This document shows, piece after piece, positions 56,281 to 64,000 of a DNA stretch of 64,000 nt. Below the pieces are notes generated by a model that did no database searches, was not told where the DNA came from, and saw only the letters and a program-made list of their open reading frames with translations. The translations under genes and the position numbers were made by a program. Numbering within the stretch: the stretch's first letter is position 1; each line of letters opens with the position of its first letter. This stretch comes from Chrysomallon squamiferum (taxonomy: Eukaryota; Animalia; Mollusca), in NCBI GenBank assembly GCA_012295275.1, contig CM022669.1:248001-312000 (forward strand). Direction: 5' to 3'.

Positions 56281-56283
<3 letters not shown>

Positions 56284-56490
56284 ACCAAACAAAAAAGTGA
56301 TGTTACAGAATTACATGTAGACAAAAGAGAACTTTAGAGGAAAAATTAAACTGATTTATTTATGATTAATGTGATGAGAGAAAGAAAATTAAATCAGGTT
56401 CAGAAATCAACTGTTTGAGTCTATCCTTAGTTTTAATGGTCTTGAAACTGATGTGGTGATTGTCAGCATTATTTCATGTTGTCATTGAAG

Positions 56491-56580
56491 GGGATCTCCT
56501 GGGTGTAATCAAGAAACGTCTCGGAGTGAGGCAATAAGTAAGAGTGGTGTGAGACCTGACTGGCTTTCTGATTCAGAAAG
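56491..56580 (+). CDS. NCX: NCX duplicated exon B, 90 nt, phase 2-2 (R-GSPGCNQETSRSEAISKSGVRPDWLSDSE)
   Basis: Acceptor atgttgtcattgaag, donor AAG|gtaaac. Frame is open. 14 of 29 full codons encode the same residue as exon A. Confidence 0.78.
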
Positions 56581-59478
56581 GTAAACTGCTTGTAGTTACA
56601 TGCAATAATAAAGTGGTTTTACTCTTAGAAGGGCTTCGTAGAAACGCATGATACTTTATTTTCTATTTCTTTACTTATTTATTTAACTCACCTGCTTGAA
56701 TGACAGAACTATTTTATATACTGCATGAAGTTTAGAATTTAGAACACACAATTTTCATATTTAATTAAGTGAAATATACTTGTCACTTAAATGTTAAACT
56801 AAAGTCAAATATTGCTAGTTCAAACTGACAGAAATGAAAATAACAGAAAATGAGACAGTTACAAAGTGATCCATGTTTAAATGAAAATGTGTTATTTTTA
56901 ATTAATGCAGTGAAAGAGAGATAACCAAAATAATGATAACAATAGATAAAGAAATAAATAAATAAAATATGTTTTTTGAAATGAACTATTTGACATTAAA
57001 CAGAAAAATTATATACTTGGAAAAACTCTATAACTGACATATAGTATTATTCCAATGTCAGATATATTATAACACTGTGTAAAATCATATCCAGACTTTA
57101 AATATGAAATAATATGTTTAGTAACCTGACATTAAAACTTGCTAAATAACCATAAAAGAGCAATAGGAAAGAATGTTCACATTTTAAATGTGGCACACAG
57201 GTAGAAATGAATTTGTATATAAAATCTAATTGCAATTACTCACAAAATAAAAGAACAACTATGTATATAAAAAACTTATTTCTGCATTGAGCATAACAAA
57301 TATTTATTAGAACATAAAATCCTTGATTAACAAAATGGCTGAAAATTTCAAATGTTCAAATGTGCAATGCTGTAACAGTTGTTTTATTATTAACTGCATT
57401 TCCTTCTCAATCTAGACTGGACAAAAAATGAATTCCCACATTTTATGCTAGCTTTTTAGTTTTTTGTAAGAAGTAAACTACTAACATTATATTTTTTAAT
57501 CATAAATGTATTTATTAGTTGCTTCATAAGCTTGTTTTTGCTTTTACTTTTGAAAATATGGACTTTTCATTTGACTAACAATAGTTATATAGTTGTGAAT
57601 ATAACATTATGTTTGGTATATTGTAATAAGTATTGTAATATGCTTTTCTGTTATTTAATTAGTTTTACCTAATTTTAATAAATCTATGTGTTTTGTTCTC
57701 AGTTTACAGTGAGACTAAAACCATGATGGTCAGATAACAAGGTCATATTATATATCAATCTACATGTGTCTGTAAGTGTATGTGTGTGTGTGTGTGTTGT
57801 AAGACTATACATCTAAATGTGTGTGTGTGTGTGAGGAGCATTATAACTATGGTATACAATAATGACAACAGAATATGACTAATAAAAAGTTGTGAAAATG
57901 TCACGTTTTTATATTTTACCACAATAAAATTTAAGAATTGTTTTTTCTAATTTCTTGAAAGAAAGGTTAAAATTTATGAATTATACTGTTAAAACAAAAA
58001 AATAGTTCCTCACAGTGTTCACATTAATTTCATGTTTCACAGTGTATGAAATAGAAATATCAAAGAATTTCATTATAATTTAAATTATGTATTAACATAT
58101 TTACTTTTATTTTATTTTAAGATTTTTTTCTTGGGAAATATTCCTTTGAAGTTTCCCGTTTTATGTTATAACTGCATTTTAGTTTGAATCTTTCAAATTA
58201 TTTATATGTATTTGTAAATATTTTTATTTCTTGTTAACTCCTAATAAGGAGAAGTAAAAGTATTTTAAAACATTATTTAATTTTTTTTAAATAAAAAAAA
58301 AGTATGAGGCTAAATGTTTTAGCCAGCATAAAATAAATTTTGTTCTTTTTTCATTATTTATGTGTTTCCTTGTTTGCTCAGTTATTTTTATTTGTTTATT
58401 TGTTTTAGTTTACAATATATACAAGTTTATTTACTTTAAGTTTTTTTCATCCTTTCTTCCTTTCTTTTTGTTTTTCTACTCACTTTCTTATATTTTATGA
58501 TATATATTTTACTTTATTCTTATTTTAATTACTGATGGTATTGTTTTTAAATCTTTTTTTGTGATTATTAATTTATTAATTATTTAATTACTTTATTATT
58601 AGTGTTGTTGTAGTTGTTGTTTAGCAAACATATCAAACATTGTATCTCACCCCTCACTTCCAAATTTAAAAAAGATCACTTTAACTTTCTTCTACTAAAA
58701 TTAACCACATTAATAACATCTGTTTTTCTCTTTCTTAATGGAGGAAACAAATGAGCAGTACAGACCACCAGATGGCAGCACAGGGAAACCCACTAATAAT
58801 AAACTAATACAATTTTGCTCTTTATTCTGAATTAATGTTTCATGTGAATGATGGACAACAGCAGTTTGTGCCAAATTGTAGCCGCTTCCTGCACCTGGCT
58901 GAGACTGTGTGCTGGGACTTACAGCTCTAAAATGTTGTTTTTTCTTACACATGGAGTGCCTGGTCCATGGCAGTCACTGTTCAATGATAAACATTTATCT
59001 GAGTAGTGTTGATGTACTGCAGACATCAGGAAAAGTTGTAAAACCCAAAATAATTTAGTTGCAGGGATCAAGAGAAAACATTTCTCCCCCGAATAATAAA
59101 AAAAAAAAATTAAAAAAAGTTTTGTTGATTATCTGATAACATTGATAGTAAAACATTAAGATAAAGCAACTGAATAGGATGTAAAGATCTTCTAAATAAA
59201 TGTAAATGAAAATTGCTCCAGGCAAGTAGCAAGTTTTTTAACAAAGTATTTCATGTGGATGCTGATGTATAACATCTGAAGCTGTGTTTATCAGCACCTG
59301 TCTGTACACCCTGTCCTTGTTGTCAGTCTTTCTTATCTGAGTCAAACAGAAGACTTAGAAAAATTAGATAATAAAAATTTCAAAAAGCTTAGTTTTGATT
59401 ATATAATGATCGTTTCCTATTAAATTATTTTAAATATTTGAATGTTAAACAACAACTTTTACATAATTTTAAAACCTC

Positions 59479-59556
59479 ATTTGTTTTTAGACTAAAGATG
59501 GTCTGACTTACTATCTTTGTATAAACTTTTAGAAATAATTTTGAAATCTTTTCTGT
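59479..59556. repeat. right arm of the long-range inverted repeat, overlapping the branch-point and pyrimidine region of the 59567 exon
   Basis: Reverse complement of 46781-46860. Ends 10 nt before the exon. Confidence 0.9.
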
Positions 59557-59566
59557 TTCTCACCAG

Positions 59567-59659
59567 TGATGGCAAACCTGATGAAGAGCAGACTCCATCA
59601 CAAGGTCGACTGATTGTAAGAAAATCATCCAGAGAACCACAAACTTTTGCAAGAGCAAG
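59567..59659 (+). CDS. NCX: NCX exon, 93 nt, phase 2-2 (S-DGKPDEEQTPSQGRLIVRKSSREPQTFARA-R)
   Basis: Strong acceptor cttttctgtttctcaccag, donor AAG|gtaatc. Frame is open. The ...FARAR end loosely resembles the start of the SRAFYR segment of the NCX loop. Confidence 0.85.
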
Positions 59660-60561
59660 GTAATCCTTTCTTTAAAAATAGTTGTACTGAACCCCATCTG
59701 TAATCAACACCTGAACTAAAGGTCAGGTATTCCTTAGGTATTGGTTATAGCAAGTATTGGCACAAAGTATATTTTTATAAAGAATTAGGCTGCAGATAGA
59801 GTAAACATGATGAAACAAACAGGCTGTTGTTTTAACTAGATGAGTAAAGAGTAAGAAAATGTAAAACTTATTTAATTATTAGTGACATTTGGCATTGACA
59901 GGAATATGATGAAAGCTGCAATTTGTATTTTTGTATTTATATAGGAACAGAATATTTTGCATTGTTTATTACGTTATTTTCAATTTACCCTTTTATTTAT
60001 TTATATATATTTCTAATATATCAAATATACATATATATTTTTCTTTATTAAACATATTCGTTTATTTAGATAAATAGAAATTTATTCATTTAAAATATTT
60101 ACATATTATGTATTTGTCATTATTTTTGAAGAGTTAATTTAAACAGTAAAATTTGTTATATGTTAAAATATTTATTTATTTATTTATCTCTTTTTTTGTT
60201 TATTTATTTATTTATTTCCTAATTTATTTATTGTGCACTACTATTTTGTATTTAGTAAAGGAATATTAAGGCTTAATTGATTAATTTTATTTATTTAGCT
60301 TTACTGTTATAGATATTAATTAGCTGAGGAAATTTTATTTAATTTAAACAAAATATTAATTTGCAATAAATATATTCAGAATACCATTTAATAATATAAG
60401 TCAGTAGTGGCAGCAGTCAAATCTCATAGATTGGCATTTGGCATTAAGTCTAATAATTTTGCATTAACAAACATGGCATTGGCTTGCATTAAGATATTTA
60501 ACTTTGTCAAGGAAAAACATTCTGCGTTATCTCTAAATTCCAGGTATATTCTTTTATATAA

Positions 60562-60618
<57 letters not shown>

Positions 60619-62661
60619 TGTTTCCTTAATGGATTAAAGTCTGTTGAAGGATTTTTTAAAATTATGTTTTGACTGGATGGTGTCACATTCTAATATTAAA
60701 TGTAAAAGTAAAAATTTTTAAAAATCTTGATTTTAAAATTTATTCTTATCTTACTGACAATAATTAATAATTCATAACAGAATTGTTCTCCAATTAATTC
60801 TAAATATTTGTTTTGGTTTTTTTTCTGCTTATATGAATATGTTATTACTTAACCTAACACTCAGCTGCAGAACTAATACTTAATCTTTGAAGCTACTGAT
60901 AGTTTTTATATAATTTTTACAATATTTAGTGAACTAATATTTTTTTCATTATTTTACATTTTATCAGTGAGATACATTATTTAAAATGTTAAAATGTTTA
61001 AAGATAAATGAATTATGAAATTTCAATATTTTGTCAGTCTGAAATTTTGAAACATGCTCGTAAATGAATGTATTTTTAATATATTTTAAAGCATGATTAT
61101 AGAAAATTACTGATTTAATATTCTGAAAAATGTATTGGTAAATGAATTTATTTTAAGGCATATTTCAAAGCATGAAGATAAGAAAAATTAGTCAAATAGT
61201 TTGCAAAGCTTTTTGAAGAAAATATACTTATTTTTGACTGTTTTGTAAAGCTTTGTAAATCCAAACAGTTTTAAAACAAGTTGCAAAGCTTTCTCATATT
61301 TGATCTATGTAAGCAGTGCTTCATAAAACAAATTAATTATTGTGATTTTTTGAATAATTTGCAAAGCTTAGATTACTATTGTTTTAAGTAAATTTGCAAG
61401 CTTATTAATGTAAGATGTGATTATTTATAAATGTTTTTCTTTCATACATAGTTTTTCTGACCAGTCTCTAAACTACTATAGGTAACAAACTGTCTTGACT
61501 GCCAGATTGTTCTAGATTATTACTGTATTTAGGCTAATTTAAAAAAAAATGCTTTGTTGGATTTTAATCTGAAAGTTACCTGGTTGATATTTAATGTACA
61601 TTTTGCATACCTGTTTACACTCGTAGTACAGCACACATGACATAATTCAGTGACAAAATAAAAGGGATCTGTGTACTAGTAATTTGAGATTAATTAAAAT
61701 TTAACTAAATATGTCTAAAAATATTTTATTTATAAAAGAAATTTATATTGAATAATAAAACAAAATAAATAATAAATAAATTAATTAATTAATAAAGATT
61801 TTACTTCTACATTTGTGTTTACTGATTGTCACGAACACAGCGCTGTGGTTGTGTCATGTGTTGATCTCTAGTTATAAAACTCTGTGCTCTGCATGGTGAC
61901 TGCAGAAGGGAAAAATTGGAACGTTTTGGGTTTTTAATAACTTTACTGTTATATATTAATATTTTTGGACATTTTTGGATCTTGTACCCTAGATGTAAAG
62001 ACATTTTCTTGTTTGGTAAGTTGCTTACAAAACACTGTGGAAGTTTGCATGCAAATGCCAACTAATATTTTAATTACCTGCAAAAAACTTTTCTAAATTA
62101 ACAAAAAAAAAAAAACAATTGTATTTATTAATTTTAAAATAAGTGTTTATTCTTTTATGAATAATATAATATGTAATTATATTTAATTAATGACTGGACT
62201 AAAATGGCCAACACAATTCATGTAATATAATTTTCCTATATATATAATATATAAGTAAATGCATCAGCTATTTAAATAGTTTATAAAAATGTATCAAAGA
62301 AATATTTTGCAAATCAACATAAAAGTTTAATTATCCTGAGATTAAACTTCATCGAATATTTAAAATTTTGTTTTAAATGATAAATTTGTATAAAATGAAA
62401 TAAAATATTATAATTATAACCTGCATGTTTGCATTACTACATAGACTGTATAATCAGAGTGAAATGTGTGAATTTTGTTATCAAACTGGATGGTTTAATA
62501 AATAGAATAGATAAAGATGTCTAGCTTGGTGTGCACTTGTAGTTAATAAAATAAAATAATAATTAAAAAAACCACGTATGTCAGAAAGATTGGTTTGTTT
62601 GCTTATTAAGCTTGAGGTGTGAGTCTGTGTGTGTGTATGTGTGTGTGTATGTGTGTGTGTC

Positions 62662-62698
<37 letters not shown>

Positions 62699-62940
62699 AA
62701 AGTAACACTGATATGTACTGACTGAAAAGAAAATAATGGTATGTTGAAAAATGTATATGAATATATTGTTTGTATTTTGGCAGGACAGTTATGTGATTTA
62801 GTTCTGGCCTTTTGTTTCTTCTTTTTTTTAAGATTTGGTATTTGAAATTAAATTGTTAGATATGTGGATCAGTTTAAAAACATACATATATGTACAAATA
62901 CATTACCATGCATTAAACCATATACAAACTTGGAGAGAGA

Positions 62941-62979
<39 letters not shown>

Positions 62980-63074
62980 CTTTAATAGTTTAATACTGTT
63001 TTTTATGAAAAGTTTATTTAGGGATTTACAATATAATGACGACATTCATAATCATCATCATCATCATCATTATT

Positions 63075-63122
<48 letters not shown>

Positions 63123-63206
63123 TATACATAAAAATTGAATGACAGCAGAAAGACCCTTCAGAAATTAATATTAATAATAAAAAAGCAACAATTAATATAT
63201 ATATAT

Positions 63207-63237
<31 letters not shown>

Positions 63238-63776
63238 CATATACATATTCATATATATATTAGTTAATGCAAAATAAATTAATTTAAAAAAAATAATTTA
63301 TTAATAAAATGTTAATTTGTGCATTCTGTCCTGAAATATTCTTGTCTGACTTTGGAGTTGTCTGTCCTTGAGTTCCTCTCTGCCACACTAGAGATTATAC
63401 AGTTAGTCCTCCTGCTTCTTATAGTCCTAAACACAACCCTTGTGTTGTTAATGTATTACTCTGTTACTCATCCAGTGTGGCAAATGTAATAAAGCTTTTG
63501 CTGCTTTTGCTAAAGTAACAATAGCTTTTTGAAAATGGCAGCAATTTTTAGAATGTAAAATATTTGTTTTTTAAGAAACATGAAAAAAAGTTAAGATTCA
63601 GTGTCAGAATTCAAAGTCAAGAAAATGAGATTTATTCATAATTTTATTTTTCTGATAATCAAAGTCATAATGAAAAAATAATTCTTAAAATATGGGGTTG
63701 TTTCTAAAAAAATGATTATAAGAATTTATTTTTATTATATTCCCTTTTACTGAAATAGAAAGATTTTTATTTGCAG

Positions 63777-63830
63777 AATGTGGTCTCTACAGGACAATAG
63801 CTTTCTTTTGACATCCGTCTTTGACCTTGA
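63777..63830 (+). CDS. candidate 54-nt cassette exon (R-MWSLQDNSFLLTSVFDL), phase 2-2
   Basis: Acceptor tttttatttgcag, donor TGA|gtgagt. Open and a multiple of 3. No recognisable homology. Confidence 0.3.
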
Positions 63831-64000
63831 GTGAGTTGTGTGACTCTGATTTCATTCCCACTCCTCTGGTGGCAGTTACCTCCCTTTATTCTTTCTTTAT
63901 CACCTCCCTTTGTTCCCCTTTGGGGCAGTGCACATTTTTATCAAATAAAATCATTGCTAAAATGCAAGTTGAAGGAAACATCCACAAAATAAATCAAAAA

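Noticed and set aside
58710-59030. GC-richer patch with an 80-aa minus-strand ORF
   Set aside because: No consistent splice-site pair in the needed phase and no recognisable protein similarity.

Overview
AT-rich, microsatellite-rich eukaryotic DNA, probably from an invertebrate (a mollusc or other lophotrochozoan is a guess). The window holds the 5' half of one plus-strand Na+/Ca2+ exchanger gene (SLC8/NCX family). I infer a CpG-retaining promoter with a CRE near 13.6-13.7 kb and a non-coding first exon ending at 13969. A 790-nt ATG exon (27384-28173) encodes TM1-5 and the alpha-1 repeat. Small exons follow for the start of the cytosolic loop, and the gene continues past the window end. The most notable structure is a run of frame-symmetric (phase 2-2) exons of 33, 63, 90, 90 and 93 nt. 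The two 90-nt exons are ancient duplicates, and only one carries an RVxF motif. An ~80-nt inverted repeat with arms 12.6 kb apart brackets exactly those two exons and overlaps the next 3' splice site. The rest is MITE and DNA-transposon remnants, intronic minisatellites with palindromic units, and microsatellites. All other ORFs in the track look like low-complexity artefacts. Exon structures and alignments were done by hand and are not checked against transcripts.
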